Below are positions 19,597-29,781 of a stretch of DNA of 64,000 bases, one piece after another. Origin of the DNA: a virus (taxonomy: Duplodnaviria > Heunggongvirae > Uroviricota > Caudoviricetes); IMG/VR virus record IMGVR_UViG_3300010049_000010, positions 128,749 through 192,748 of that record, one strand, 5' to 3'. Position 1 is the stretch's first letter, and each line of letters starts with the position of its first letter. The notes below the pieces were generated by a model that ran no database searches, had not been told where the DNA came from, and was given only the letters and a program-made list of their open reading frames with translations. The position numbers and the translations under genes were made by a program.

Positions 19597-20200
19597 AGAA
19601 CATATAGAATTGATTAAATCATACGCAAAATTATTAGAAAATGTACGACAATCAGTTATTGAAAAAATAAATAAAAAATTAGAATACACTAAATATGAAT
19701 GTGGGGAAGGATGTGAAGGGTGTTGTTATGGTAGTTCAAATTCTGATATTTGGCATTTTGAATATTTAGAATATTTAATTATATTAGTTGAATTACAAGA
19801 AAATAAAATTTTATATGATAAGTTTATAAAAAATATGAAAGAAGTTTTTATTTATAAAGATAACTTAATTGATATAAATCCTGATTATGATGATAATTTA
19901 CCATGTCCTTTTCTTGGTGAAGATAAAAAATGCATGATTCAGCATATTAAGCCTATAAATTGTTGGGTTTATTATAGAAAAAAATGTGATAGAAAATTTA
20001 AAGAAGCTAGTAATTTAAGTTTTTTTGTTAAACTTAATTTTAGAATAGAAAATAATCTTTTAATTGAATTAAATGATGAGATAAGAAAAGAAAATTCTTT
20101 ATTAAAATATTCTTCTTATGAGGAAAAACATATTTTAAGATCTTTAATTTCTTATTATTTTCATGAAATATTTGAAACAGAATTAAAAGAAGCTGACTAA
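19583..20200 (+). CDS. YkgJ/CxxCxxCC family Zn/Fe-cluster protein
   Basis: CGEGCEGCC, CPFL...CMI...KPINC. Confidence 0.8.
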   Translation: MKLIKEHIELIKSYAKLLENVRQSVIEKINKKLEYTKYECGEGCEGCCYGSSNSDIWHFEYLEYLIILVELQENKILYDKFIKNMKEVFIYKDNLIDINPDYDDNLPCPFLGEDKKCMIQHIKPINCWVYYRKKCDRKFKEASNLSFFVKLNFRIENNLLIELNDEIRKENSLLKYSSYEEKHILRSLISYYFHEIFETELKEAD

Positions 20201-20205
20201 TTATT

Positions 20206-20613
20206 ATGATAGCATATCATGGTGGAAGCAAAACTCAAGAAAGTTTATTAGCTCGTTGCAATAGAAAAATTCGCATAAATAGGAATGATATGGAAATGGC
20301 AGGAATATTTTGGTCAACAGATAAACAAGTAGCTGAAGATTTTACTGCTGATGATTTGGGATTATATCAAGCTGATTTACAATTTAGCAATCCATTAGAA
20401 ATAGAATGCGATGGAGCTTACTGGAGTGAAATACCTAATCCATTTAAAAAAGGAAGAACAGATTTTACTGATGATATTGTATTAATGGCAGCCAAAAAAG
20501 ATTATGATGGCGTTATATTTCACAATTTAATTGAAGGAAATAATAATGATATTATTTCTACAAGCATAGTAACTTTTGACCCATCAGTAATTAAGAATCT
20601 TAATTCATTGTAG
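20206..20613 (+). CDS. ADP-ribosyltransferase-fold protein (ART-PolyVal-like)
   Basis: AYHG, GIFWST...AEDF, NPL, YDGVIFHN, IVTFDPSVIK. Confidence 0.65.
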   Translation: MIAYHGGSKTQESLLARCNRKIRINRNDMEMAGIFWSTDKQVAEDFTADDLGLYQADLQFSNPLEIECDGAYWSEIPNPFKKGRTDFTDDIVLMAAKKDYDGVIFHNLIEGNNNDIISTSIVTFDPSVIKNLNSL

Positions 20614-22000
20614 ATAATTCCGGACATGGTTCAATAGCAAAGAATTCACCATTAAATATTCCTCTCGAGACTTTACCAATTTTAGCATTATTTATTTTAA
20701 CTACTGAGCATTCAATAATATCAATCATATTTTCATATTGTTCTGGTTGTAAATATAATTCAGCATACATTTTTTCTCTAAATGTCGTTATTACATATCT
20801 ACTTCTTTCAACCCAAGCACCAGCATTTTTAATTTGAGCTCTATTAGGTTTAAATTTTAATAAATCTTTTACATCGTGGCATTTTACGTCTGACTCAACA
20901 GTTCTATTTAACTGTAATACGCCAATAATATGAACATTTAATTCTTTCGAGATAGCTGATAATTTATTTACGCCAATTTCAACCGCCTGAGCAAAATTAA
21001 GGCCGCCTGATACTTTTGTAAAGTCCGTTATCATTGATAATAAATCAAGAACTACGATGCAATAATTTTGTCCATTTTCAGCTTGGAATTTTTTAATATG
21101 TTTTCTTAATTCATTTAATGTTATAGAAGCATCTTCACAAAATCTAAACTTTTTATTTTCTTTTAAGCTTTCTTTTTCTGATTCTATAAAACTACAGACA
21201 TCTTCAAATTGTCCTTGGTCAGAAGGAGAAACTATATCACTATATTTTATTTCAAGACGCTTAGATAATAATCTATCCATTGTTGCTATTGAGGACATTT
21301 CTAATGAGAAATACATACAAGGTATTTGCGCGTCAATTAAAGAATTGATTAAGTTCAAGCATAACGTAGATTTTCCTGACCCAGATGAAGAAGTTATTAT
21401 TCCAATTTCTCCAGGCCTTGGACCATCCGGCACTAATTCGTCAAATATAAAATTATAAAAATAAAATTGTTTTCCTTTTTTACGAATATTTATTTCTTTA
21501 TTATGCTGTTTACACCACTCATCAAAGGACATAACTTTTTTGATATTATGATTTTCTAAAACTAATTCAGATTCAGCATTGCCAATTAAATCTTTTATTT
21601 CTAATATATTATCGGCATTTAAATGCGTTAATTCATTTATTTTATTAGTAGCTGCTTTAAGATTAGCAATTGCTTTTCTTCTTTTTTTTGCATCATTTAA
21701 TTGTAATAAAATATCTGTAATTGTTGTAAGAGGCTCTTTCTGTTTTTCTGTAATTACATTTACTACAGCTTCTGACGCGTCGATATCTTGTTTCGCATAT
21801 TCTTGAAGTAAAGCGTCTCTAGTAAATGTTATATTATTATCTCTTAAAAAGATTAACGATTTGTAGATATTTCTTGTTGCAGCAGATGAAAATATTTCTT
21901 CATTTACAGAATCTAAAAATTCTGGTTGATAAAAAAGAGTATTCAAAAGCCTTTTTTCTGTAAAATTATCTATATCAGATTTTTTAATTGATTTTTCCAT
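20600..22000 (-). CDS. dnaB: DnaB-like replicative helicase
   Basis: SSSGSGKST, YFSLEMS, VVLDLL, LQLNR. Confidence 0.85.
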   Translation of the reverse strand: MEKSIKKSDIDNFTEKRLLNTLFYQPEFLDSVNEEIFSSAATRNIYKSLIFLRDNNITFTRDALLQEYAKQDIDASEAVVNVITEKQKEPLTTITDILLQLNDAKKRRKAIANLKAATNKINELTHLNADNILEIKDLIGNAESELVLENHNIKKVMSFDEWCKQHNKEINIRKKGKQFYFYNFIFDELVPDGPRPGEIGIITSSSGSGKSTLCLNLINSLIDAQIPCMYFSLEMSSIATMDRLLSKRLEIKYSDIVSPSDQGQFEDVCSFIESEKESLKENKKFRFCEDASITLNELRKHIKKFQAENGQNYCIVVLDLLSMITDFTKVSGGLNFAQAVEIGVNKLSAISKELNVHIIGVLQLNRTVESDVKCHDVKDLLKFKPNRAQIKNAGAWVERSRYVITTFREKMYAELYLQPEQYENMIDIIECSVVKINNAKIGKVSRGIFNGEFFAIEPCPELSTMN

Positions 22001-22782
22001 TAAAATAACTTCTCTGGCACGCTGCCTACTGAATCAAAATAATTATCATAAAATGTAAAAAATGAATCTCGTTTTTTAGTTTCTCGTTCTATTAAATCTA
22101 CTAAAGAATCTGAGAATCCATTTTTCTTAATTTCATTAATTCCTTTATTAGATATAAATATAATTCCTTTATTATTATTTAATCTATTTCGTATAAAATT
22201 ATCTAAATATCCAATCTGTTTCCCACTATCCCAAATATGTGCTTTTTCTTTATCAAAAGATTCTTCAATAATAAGCAAGTCACAGTTAGAATATAAATCA
22301 ATATGCTCTTTACAAATATCTTCTCGTTCTTCCTTCCAAAGTTTATCTAGTAATTCTTTCATTGAGGGAGCATAAACAGATTTTCCTCGTCTAATTAAAC
22401 GATTTGCTATCCAATTAGCAGTCACAGTTTTTTGTGTTCCATTTAAGCCAAAAAAGTAAAGCACTGAAGAACTTACTTGAGGATTATCAAATTTATCTAT
22501 GTATTGATATAAACGAATTATATTGCCGATTGATTTCGTTCCAACATAATCGCCTTCACCATTTTCATTATTATTGATAGTAAAATATTCAGACCTAAAT
22601 CCAGATTTTATCCATTCGCTATACGCATTTTCTTCAGCAGCCCAGACTTTATGACAAAGACACTCTCTAACTATTGGATAATTAATCCCATTTTTAGTTT
22701 CAATATCTCTTATAAAGCCGGGTGGTGATGTTTTTGGATTTTTCCCTTTGCAAGTGCGACACTGGATATACTTCTTGTACAT
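22000..22782 (-). CDS. DnaC/IstB-like helicase loader
   Basis: N-terminal CxxC...CxC, degenerate Walker A GLNGTQKT, CDLLIIEE, IIFISN; adjacent to dnaB. Confidence 0.7.
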   Translation of the reverse strand: MYKKYIQCRTCKGKNPKTSPPGFIRDIETKNGINYPIVRECLCHKVWAAEENAYSEWIKSGFRSEYFTINNNENGEGDYVGTKSIGNIIRLYQYIDKFDNPQVSSSVLYFFGLNGTQKTVTANWIANRLIRRGKSVYAPSMKELLDKLWKEEREDICKEHIDLYSNCDLLIIEESFDKEKAHIWDSGKQIGYLDNFIRNRLNNNKGIIFISNKGINEIKKNGFSDSLVDLIERETKKRDSFFTFYDNYFDSVGSVPEKLF

Positions 22783-22791
22783 AATTACAGA

Positions 22792-23001
22792 TTAACTATC
22801 CCAAGATTTTCGTTCGTCTTTTCTTTTCTTATACTTACTGTCTAATACGCGCCAGTTGATACGGCTTCCTGTACTGTTAGCCATTTTAAGATAGTATTCT
22901 GATTCGCATTTCGGCGCGCCTTCACGAGTAGCATATCTTTGAAACATCTTTTGTTCTTTTTGAAGCCCTTCTGCTTCTCTTACTTCTGGATCTTTTTTCA
23001 T
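22792..23001 (-). CDS. Hypothetical protein
   Basis: 69 aa; AGGAG SD. Confidence 0.55.
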   Translation of the reverse strand: MKKDPEVREAEGLQKEQKMFQRYATREGAPKCESEYYLKMANSTGSRINWRVLDSKYKKRKDERKSWDS

Positions 23002-23026
23002 ATTATTTCTCCTAAAATTAAATTAA

Positions 23027-23377
23027 CTACCATTCAAGTTCTCCGCCCATTCCAATTACGGCATTTATAAGTTCGGGCTCAACTTCTGTTTGTAATTTGT
23101 CTTTGATTAAGTTCTTAACTCTTTCAAAAAATTGTTTTCTCGTTTCATCGTCTTCAATTTCAGTGAGTGATAGTCCAGCGTAAACACCACCCTCTTCAAA
23201 TTGATAAGTGAATCCCGCTTCTTCTAAAATTTGATAACCATCATCATAATCATCCTCATCTACTTCATGATTAAGTTTTGATTTAATTTCATTCCACTGA
23301 TCTTCTTCAAAGTGATAACCGACTATAACAAATGAACTTGATGATGAATTACTTACGAATCCGTTTCTAATTTTCAT
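23027..23377 (-). CDS. Hypothetical protein with MKIRNGFVSNSSSSSF N-terminus
   Basis: N-terminal 16 aa identical to those of 33597..34097. Confidence 0.75.
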   Translation of the reverse strand: MKIRNGFVSNSSSSSFVIVGYHFEEDQWNEIKSKLNHEVDEDDYDDGYQILEEAGFTYQFEEGGVYAGLSLTEIEDDETRKQFFERVKNLIKDKLQTEVEPELINAVIGMGGELEW

Positions 23378-23386
23378 TTTATTCTC

Positions 23387-25129
23387 CTAGTTGCCAAATC
23401 CGATTGGCTTAGTTTTTTCTTCTATGCACTCATTTTCACATAGTTCTATAATTTTATCTAAATCATATTCATTATTGTATAAAATATTATTAACTTCTCT
23501 TTTTCTATATATGTTTTCTATTTGCGCGCCTGTATAATCAAACTTCTTAGCAAGTTTTTCAGCGTCTTCAATTGGCAATGTTAACATATGTTCCCATAAT
23601 TTTGTTTTAACATCTGTATCAGGCTTTTGAAATTCTATTTTATAAAGAAACCTTCTCTCAAATGCGCTGTCAAAATTTTGTGTTAAGTTAGTAGTTGCGA
23701 TTAAAATGCCTTCAAAGTTTTCTAGTTCCTCAAGTATAATGTTTTGAGTCGCATTAATAGCGGTGATAATTGCTCCATTATTACCAGAAACGTCCAAACG
23801 CTTCCCAATGATAGCATCAGCTTCATTAAGGAGTAAGATTGGCTCAAGTTTAGATTCTTGAAGAGCAAGTTTATAATTTGTAAAAATTGCTTTAACGTTT
23901 TTTTCATCTTCACCCCACCATTTAGAACGTAAACTTGACATATCAACCTTGATTATATCTCTGCCGGTTCTTTTTGCTATTTGATATGCTGTTTCCGTTT
24001 TGCCGGTACCAGCGTGTCCGCTAAATAAACAGGCAAAGCCAGTTCTCATTCCAGATTTTTTAAGCCGTGATTTTACTTTTGTAAATGAAGATTTTTCTAA
24101 AATATTAGACAAGTCATCTATCTGTTTTTGGTTATCCTCATTGTAAAACATTTTCTTTTTAATTATATTTTTACTGTTTGTAACAGTGTCTAATTTCTTT
24201 TCTACTACAATGCCTTGTAAATATTTTCGTTTAAATTCAGCATGTAATTCTATTTCATCTTTATCAGCTTTTCCTGATTCATCAATTGATCTATCAAAGA
24301 TTTTATTCTTAAATAGTATATGATCATCTTCATTGAATATGATATTCATCATTTTTTCTCTATTATTGTGATGCTGACAAAATGCTTCAATAAAATTACT
24401 ATTTTTATTTATTGATGTTCCGCTTTGTGCAGTTATTAAGTGACCAATAATATAAAATAAAAAAGAATGATATTGCACACCTTTAAAATCGTGTCTATTA
24501 TCATATACTTCTAATAATTTCTTGCAGTAAGGATATGAGCTATTTTCTCTTAAAATATGCACAATATGTTTTTCAGCTATATTAGAACCTGGGTCAGTCG
24601 CATTATAAAGATTAGCGATTATATCATTTATTCTAATTACTTTTTTGAGCGACATTTCCATATCAGGCTTAAATTCAGCACCTGTAACTACATATTTTAA
24701 TAAATCATTTGAACAGTGAAATCTAATATCAGAATCATCCGGCACGATTTCTAGTAATTTTTTATGATATAATGAGAATAAAATATCATAAATACTAATA
24801 TAAAGATCTCCTCTTCCTCTGACGAAGTTTACTATCTCATTTACGTTTATTGATCTATTAGGACGATGTAAGATAATTGATAAAACAAAATAATCAATAT
24901 CATTTAATCCTAAATCTTTTCTTAATTTAAGATTATTATGAGTTGTTTTTTGAACTGTAGTTTTGGAAAGACCATATTTTTGAATAAGCGTAATAGTTTT
25001 TTCTATTTCTTCCGCATTAAACTCTTTTTTGTCTTGTTCAATTAAATCATTTTTATTAAATTTTATTTTTTTGTTTGAAACGTCTTCTTCATCTCTACTA
25101 AAAAGTCTATTAAATAATCGTCTTCCCAT
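23387..25129 (-). CDS. AAA+ ATPase
   Basis: GHAGTGKT, LLLNEAD, IATTN, DSAFERRF. Confidence 0.9.
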   Translation of the reverse strand: MGRRLFNRLFSRDEEDVSNKKIKFNKNDLIEQDKKEFNAEEIEKTITLIQKYGLSKTTVQKTTHNNLKLRKDLGLNDIDYFVLSIILHRPNRSINVNEIVNFVRGRGDLYISIYDILFSLYHKKLLEIVPDDSDIRFHCSNDLLKYVVTGAEFKPDMEMSLKKVIRINDIIANLYNATDPGSNIAEKHIVHILRENSSYPYCKKLLEVYDNRHDFKGVQYHSFLFYIIGHLITAQSGTSINKNSNFIEAFCQHHNNREKMMNIIFNEDDHILFKNKIFDRSIDESGKADKDEIELHAEFKRKYLQGIVVEKKLDTVTNSKNIIKKKMFYNEDNQKQIDDLSNILEKSSFTKVKSRLKKSGMRTGFACLFSGHAGTGKTETAYQIAKRTGRDIIKVDMSSLRSKWWGEDEKNVKAIFTNYKLALQESKLEPILLLNEADAIIGKRLDVSGNNGAIITAINATQNIILEELENFEGILIATTNLTQNFDSAFERRFLYKIEFQKPDTDVKTKLWEHMLTLPIEDAEKLAKKFDYTGAQIENIYRKREVNNILYNNEYDLDKIIELCENECIEEKTKPIGFGN

Positions 25130-25153
25130 TCTTTACTTCCTATTAAAATAATA

Positions 25154-25174
25154 AGCGGGGCGAAATGCCCCGCT
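25154..25174 (-). terminator. Intrinsic terminator
   Basis: AGCGGGGC-GAAAT-GCCCCGCT followed by a U-rich tract on - strand. Confidence 0.75.
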
Positions 25175-25180
25175 GTTTAA

Positions 25181-26563
25181 TTATTCACTATCTGTAAAAT
25201 CTGCTCCGCATTTTGGACAAGAATTAAATGATTCAGGTGAGCTTGCATTACAATCACAAGCATAAAGTGCTTTAGTTTCATCACATTCTTCATAAATTAT
25301 TTCAGATGCTTCATCGTTTTTAATTAAAACATCTTTAATAAGCGCTTTATTAGCATCAGTTAACTTTGACCAACCGTGAAGCGTTTTAATTTTATCAGCT
25401 GATAAACCTGTTTCAGTTGGACCAACTACAGTTCGTCTTGGCTTTGGAGTTTCAGCGACTGCTTCATTAATCGCTACAGTTTCTGCTGCAACTTGAGCAG
25501 TTTCAGCTTTCGCATTTTCATCACCATAAAGTCTTTCCCATTCTTCTTTTTCTTTCTTTGAAAGACCTTCTAATTCATCATAAAACTTAGTTCCGAGTGT
25601 TGCATCTGTAAGTTTAAACAATGCTGGAATTCTTTTTAAAAGTTTAGTATATGATGTTGGTTGATATAACTTATCAAGATCATATCTCATATAAGTTTTT
25701 TCTTCAGCTGATAATGGACCTACAACGATAGTATTTGCATCAGGCAAAGTACCATCCGCATTTTTTAATTCGTCCATCATATCTTTTGATTTATAAAGAG
25801 ACGCATTTTTTAATTCAAATGGATTATCCTTATCACCAGTTCTCTTAATTGCTAAATCGTAAGTTTCATAATTTCCATATTTACCAATAATGTCTGCGAT
25901 TCTTTTTAAGAAACCAAATGATTTAACACCAGGTTTTGGCCAATAAGTTGTCTCGCCTTTTGAGTTTGTTGATACACCAATATCTCTCGCAATAAGTTTA
26001 GTATGCTTATTTTCTTTACACCAATCATCAGCACGGTCAATAACGTTCATTAAAGTGTATGTGGTTGATTTATATCCACCGGCAATAGAATAACCGTAAC
26101 CATCTTCTGGCTTATAATTGCCTTTAGTAAGAGCGAGCCAAAGTTCTGGATGTTTTGCTTCGTTGATAAAAACTTTCTTTTTATTTATCCAAGCTGTTTC
26201 CGCGACTTTATCCCAAAGTCGATGCAAAATATGATTATGAGCAGGGATATCTTCTCTCAATGGAAGTTTAATTGTGAACTTTTTACCTTCATCATCTTTA
26301 ACTTCACACATCATAATTTGTTTTGGGTCATAATCTTTTCTTTTGTAACCCATTGATTCTGCTCCAGGTGGAGCACCAATTAAACGAAAGATTTTATTGA
26401 CGCCTGTCTCTAATCCTCCGAAAGCTATATCGTCATACTGTTTCGGTGTATAACTACCGCCGCCTGAGCTTTTCTTTGAGTCTTCTGTAACTTTTTTGGA
26501 ATAGGCTTGAAAGAAGCTTGAATCTAAGTCGGTTACGACTTCTTGGTTTGTGTTTTCACTCAT
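25181..26563 (-). CDS. Putative ssDNA-binding protein (gp32-like) with C-terminal zinc ribbon
   Basis: KIFRLIGAP, MNVIDR, YDLAIKRTG pattern; CDC...CPKC; strong SD; replication neighbourhood. Confidence 0.45.
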   Translation of the reverse strand: MSENTNQEVVTDLDSSFFQAYSKKVTEDSKKSSGGGSYTPKQYDDIAFGGLETGVNKIFRLIGAPPGAESMGYKRKDYDPKQIMMCEVKDDEGKKFTIKLPLREDIPAHNHILHRLWDKVAETAWINKKKVFINEAKHPELWLALTKGNYKPEDGYGYSIAGGYKSTTYTLMNVIDRADDWCKENKHTKLIARDIGVSTNSKGETTYWPKPGVKSFGFLKRIADIIGKYGNYETYDLAIKRTGDKDNPFELKNASLYKSKDMMDELKNADGTLPDANTIVVGPLSAEEKTYMRYDLDKLYQPTSYTKLLKRIPALFKLTDATLGTKFYDELEGLSKKEKEEWERLYGDENAKAETAQVAAETVAINEAVAETPKPRRTVVGPTETGLSADKIKTLHGWSKLTDANKALIKDVLIKNDEASEIIYEECDETKALYACDCNASSPESFNSCPKCGADFTDSE

Positions 26564-26660
26564 GTTTTTTCTCCTCTGTAACACATTTGTGTTTCTAATT
26601 ATTGTAGGGTACTTTACTTCCCCATAAAGTTATATTAACTTAAATAATTAGTACAAAGTT

Positions 26661-26876
26661 TTAGAAGAGCTCATTTAATCCTTTATAATATTTTAATTGC
26701 TTTTTGAGATATCTAATCTGTTTCTTTAATGCTTTATTTTCAATAATTAGATTATTTACTTCCATAGATTTTACAGCATGCCAAGCTGATTCAACAACTT
26801 CGTTATCAATAGCGATATGAGTATCTGCTGTTGCATAATATTTATCTTTTTCAACGCCAAAAATATCTTTATTCAT
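26661..26876 (-). CDS. Hypothetical protein
   Basis: 71-aa ORF. Confidence 0.5.
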   Translation of the reverse strand: MNKDIFGVEKDKYYATADTHIAIDNEVVESAWHAVKSMEVNNLIIENKALKKQIRYLKKQLKYYKGLNELF

Positions 26877-27195
26877 CTATTAATCCATTTATACTTTCAA
26901 TTAAAAATAATTTTCTTTTTAATTCTTCATTTTCTTCATGCATTCTATCATAATCCCTAATCATTGCATCCGCTTTAGTTCGAGTATTATAATAAAAATG
27001 CATCTCCTCACCTTTAACATCTCCATGATTTATGAATAATTTTACGCCGTCGAGTGAATGTATATCTAAATTTTCTCCGACTAAAAGATTAGTATCATAA
27101 TTTAAATTTCCATCCTTGTCGAAAAATTGGATTTTTATTGATTGTCCGTGATGAGGTCTTCCTGATTTCATTGTACCTGTGTGCCAACGCGGCAT
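26869..27195 (-). CDS. Hypothetical protein
   Basis: 108 aa; AGGAG SD. Confidence 0.55.
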   Translation of the reverse strand: MPRWHTGTMKSGRPHHGQSIKIQFFDKDGNLNYDTNLLVGENLDIHSLDGVKLFINHGDVKGEEMHFYYNTRTKADAMIRDYDRMHEENEELKRKLFLIESINGLIDE

Positions 27196-27440
27196 TTTTT
27201 AGACTCCTCATTTAACCACTGAAGAAATGCTTTGTCAAGTTTAAATTTTTCACACACTTCATCATCCGGAGGAAATGGTATTATAAATAATGCGTCTGTA
27301 TTTGCTCCAGATGCTTTTCCACCTCTAAACATTGCATCATAAGTATTTTTTACGTCTTTATATTCTCCAATATGGAGCAACATTTTATATGCAGATTTTC
27401 TATCATTAATTCCACAAACGAATAATTCTTTATCTATCAT
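27168..27440 (-). CDS. Hypothetical protein
   Basis: 90 aa; GGAG SD. Confidence 0.55.
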   Translation of the reverse strand: MIDKELFVCGINDRKSAYKMLLHIGEYKDVKNTYDAMFRGGKASGANTDALFIIPFPPDDEVCEKFKLDKAFLQWLNEESKKCRVGTQVQ

Positions 27441-27442
27441 AT

Positions 27443-27595
27443 TTAACTCCGTTGTAATTTATAATAATCAACGCCAATAATTGCAGCAGTAATTGCAATT
27501 AATGCCAAAGGAGCAATTGATGAAAGAACCAATGCACCAATTATTGCAAAAATAATTCCATAAACAATTCCACAATCTTTTAAAAATCCCAACAT
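27443..27595 (-). CDS. Small membrane protein
   Basis: Start moved to ATG 27595 after AAGGAG; 50 aa, largely hydrophobic. Confidence 0.55.
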   Translation of the reverse strand: MLGFLKDCGIVYGIIFAIIGALVLSSIAPLALIAITAAIIGVDYYKLQRS

Positions 27596-27605
27596 AATTA
27601 TCTCC

Positions 27606-29522
27606 TTATATTCTCTCTGTAATAAATACAGTTTTAAACGTTTTATTCCATTTATTTTTGAAGCCGTCGGACCTTCCACCATGATGTCTAAATATATCAT
27701 TACATTCATCATCAGAGTGAACATTGTAACCGATTGCATATTTAATTCCAGGAATATCCTTCGCCGCTTCAACCCAACGCTCTAAACTGTCTTCAAAATC
27801 AGATATAATAAAAAGTTTATCCGTTTTTTTAGAACAGTAACCTTTCCTTGCTACATATTTAATGCCTTCCGCAATTTCAGTTCCTCCGCCCGCATAAACA
27901 GATTTTGTTCTGGCAGACATTATTTCGTCTGATACAACTCGTGTATCACAGAAAATTATGTGCGAGTTTTTCAAGTCAATTCCAGAGTTTGTATCAACGA
28001 TAGAATTTATTACGCGCTCTACATAGTCAGTTGGAACTGAGCCAGAAACGTCAACGATAATGTGACATTCAGTTGGCATCCATTTTTCCATTAAGTGTCT
28101 TCGAGGAACGACAACACTGCTGGAAAATTTTCCTCTGTTAGAATTATAAAGTACATCTGAATTCCATCGTCTGTTTTTCTTTCCGAGACAATTTTTTCTG
28201 AGAAATTTAGTAAAGTTATCAAAAGTGTCGCAAGTTTCAAATTCTACTTTTGTTCCACCATGTCCGGCGCCTTTTCCAGTTCCGCCAGCATTTCTGTGTT
28301 TTGCTCCCGCGCTTGCTAAATCACCGTCTTCAAGTTCATCGTCATCATCACCAATTCCAGCATCCGCATTAGCGGCGTCCTCAGCTTTATCTTCCTGATC
28401 CATTTGATCACAATAATCATCGAGTGTTTGTTGACTAATCTGTTTTCCGCCGGGACCTTGTCCTTGACCAGGTTGTCCGCCACCAGAATTACCACCGTCT
28501 TGGTCACAAGGTTGTCCGCTCATTCCAAGTTTTTGAGCGATGTTTTTCATTATCTGTTCCATTGTTTCGTCTAAATCTTTTACCAACAGAATCATGTAAG
28601 TCATCCAATCGAGTTTATTTGGCCAACCTCTATTTTCGGGATAACAGAATTGGAAGTCGCCTTCCTCTCCGCCAATCCTATCCTGAATATTAGATAATAT
28701 AAATAAAAATTTCGATGCGATTTCTTTGTAAGATTTTGTGCTTATGTCTCTTGCTTTTTGGTTTTTTATTAAACCACTTAATTCATCGAAGTTGCTCAAT
28801 AATTCCTTGTAAGATAAAATCATTCCTGAACGAGTCATTGTCTTTTTTGCTTTTACCCATTCACCATTGTCAAATAATTTTGAATTGATTTCCATATCCT
28901 GAGCAATATTACTGAACTCATTAAAGAGCATTTTTACTATTTTATCTTTTGAATTTTTAAATACGGATGAGTCAAAATATTTTGCTAATTTAAGATCCCA
29001 AACTGCATCTAATTCTTTTTTGAATTGTTCGAGATATATTTTTTGGTTTGCGGTGTGATTAAAAAGCACGTGGCCTTTTTCATGAAGGTCGACAGAATCA
29101 TAAGCTTCATCTTCAACATATTCGTGAATAAATATTTTGTAAGAATTACGCCATTCCTTCATAACACAAGCCATAACAGATGCGGCTACAAGTTCCTTAA
29201 AATCGCGGGGATGATATTTTATCATTGTTGAAGTTTCAATTAAGTCCATGTTAGTTGTTGCTAACTGAGACGGAGTATAACGAGATTTTGGATAAATAGT
29301 GTTGAGCATTTTTTCAAGATAATCCACATCTTTTTTAGTTATTAATCGATCTTCCAAGATATTTTCTATCGTAAAGGTCGCTTCACCCAACACCACTTTT
29401 CCATCAGCTTTATAAAAGGGAGCGGTCTCATATAATTTTTGTGCTGCTTCACGATTTTGTTTTGGGACAAGCACAAATACAGATTTATTGCTAGTTTTGG
29501 TTTTCATTTTTTTATCAGCCAT
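27606..29522 (-). CDS. Metallopeptidase (HExxH) + vWA domain protein (DUF2201-like)
   Basis: LHEKGH, NIAQDMEIN, Gly/Asp-rich linker, MIDAS VDVSGSV, GGGT, FIISD. Confidence 0.85.
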   Translation of the reverse strand: MADKKMKTKTSNKSVFVLVPKQNREAAQKLYETAPFYKADGKVVLGEATFTIENILEDRLITKKDVDYLEKMLNTIYPKSRYTPSQLATTNMDLIETSTMIKYHPRDFKELVAASVMACVMKEWRNSYKIFIHEYVEDEAYDSVDLHEKGHVLFNHTANQKIYLEQFKKELDAVWDLKLAKYFDSSVFKNSKDKIVKMLFNEFSNIAQDMEINSKLFDNGEWVKAKKTMTRSGMILSYKELLSNFDELSGLIKNQKARDISTKSYKEIASKFLFILSNIQDRIGGEEGDFQFCYPENRGWPNKLDWMTYMILLVKDLDETMEQIMKNIAQKLGMSGQPCDQDGGNSGGGQPGQGQGPGGKQISQQTLDDYCDQMDQEDKAEDAANADAGIGDDDDELEDGDLASAGAKHRNAGGTGKGAGHGGTKVEFETCDTFDNFTKFLRKNCLGKKNRRWNSDVLYNSNRGKFSSSVVVPRRHLMEKWMPTECHIIVDVSGSVPTDYVERVINSIVDTNSGIDLKNSHIIFCDTRVVSDEIMSARTKSVYAGGGTEIAEGIKYVARKGYCSKKTDKLFIISDFEDSLERWVEAAKDIPGIKYAIGYNVHSDDECNDIFRHHGGRSDGFKNKWNKTFKTVFITERI

Positions 29523-29557
29523 TTTTTCCTCTTAGTATAATATAAGACCGTAAGTTT

Positions 29558-29773
29558 TTAATTTCCCCAGTAATCTTTTGATTCTGCAAGTTCAATCCAT
29601 TTCTTCGCCGGCCACAAAGTCATGTTTCTGTCTTTGTCAATCCAGTAAACGCCGGTAATAGTAGATGTAGTGATTGAATCTCCTTTTTTATTAAAGTCAT
29701 CTGCTTCAAAAAAGATTTGATTTCTAATAAAAGCCTTTTTAATTCCGCTGTTAGTTTTAATCATTAAATACAT
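29558..29773 (-). CDS. Hypothetical protein
   Basis: 71 aa; AGGAG SD. Confidence 0.55.
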   Translation of the reverse strand: MYLMIKTNSGIKKAFIRNQIFFEADDFNKKGDSITTSTITGVYWIDKDRNMTLWPAKKWIELAESKDYWGN

Positions 29774-29781
29774 ATCTTCTC

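Noticed and set aside
19583..20200. FliB flagellin methylase call, which would pair with FliN
   Set aside because: The CxxCxxCC family includes FliB, but only the generic Cys motifs are visible and the protein is short.
27596..27772. N-terminal extension of ORF 27443..27772 overlapping the vWA gene
   Set aside because: A clear AAGGAG plus ATG at 27595 gives a non-overlapping start, so this is not a true dual-coding case.
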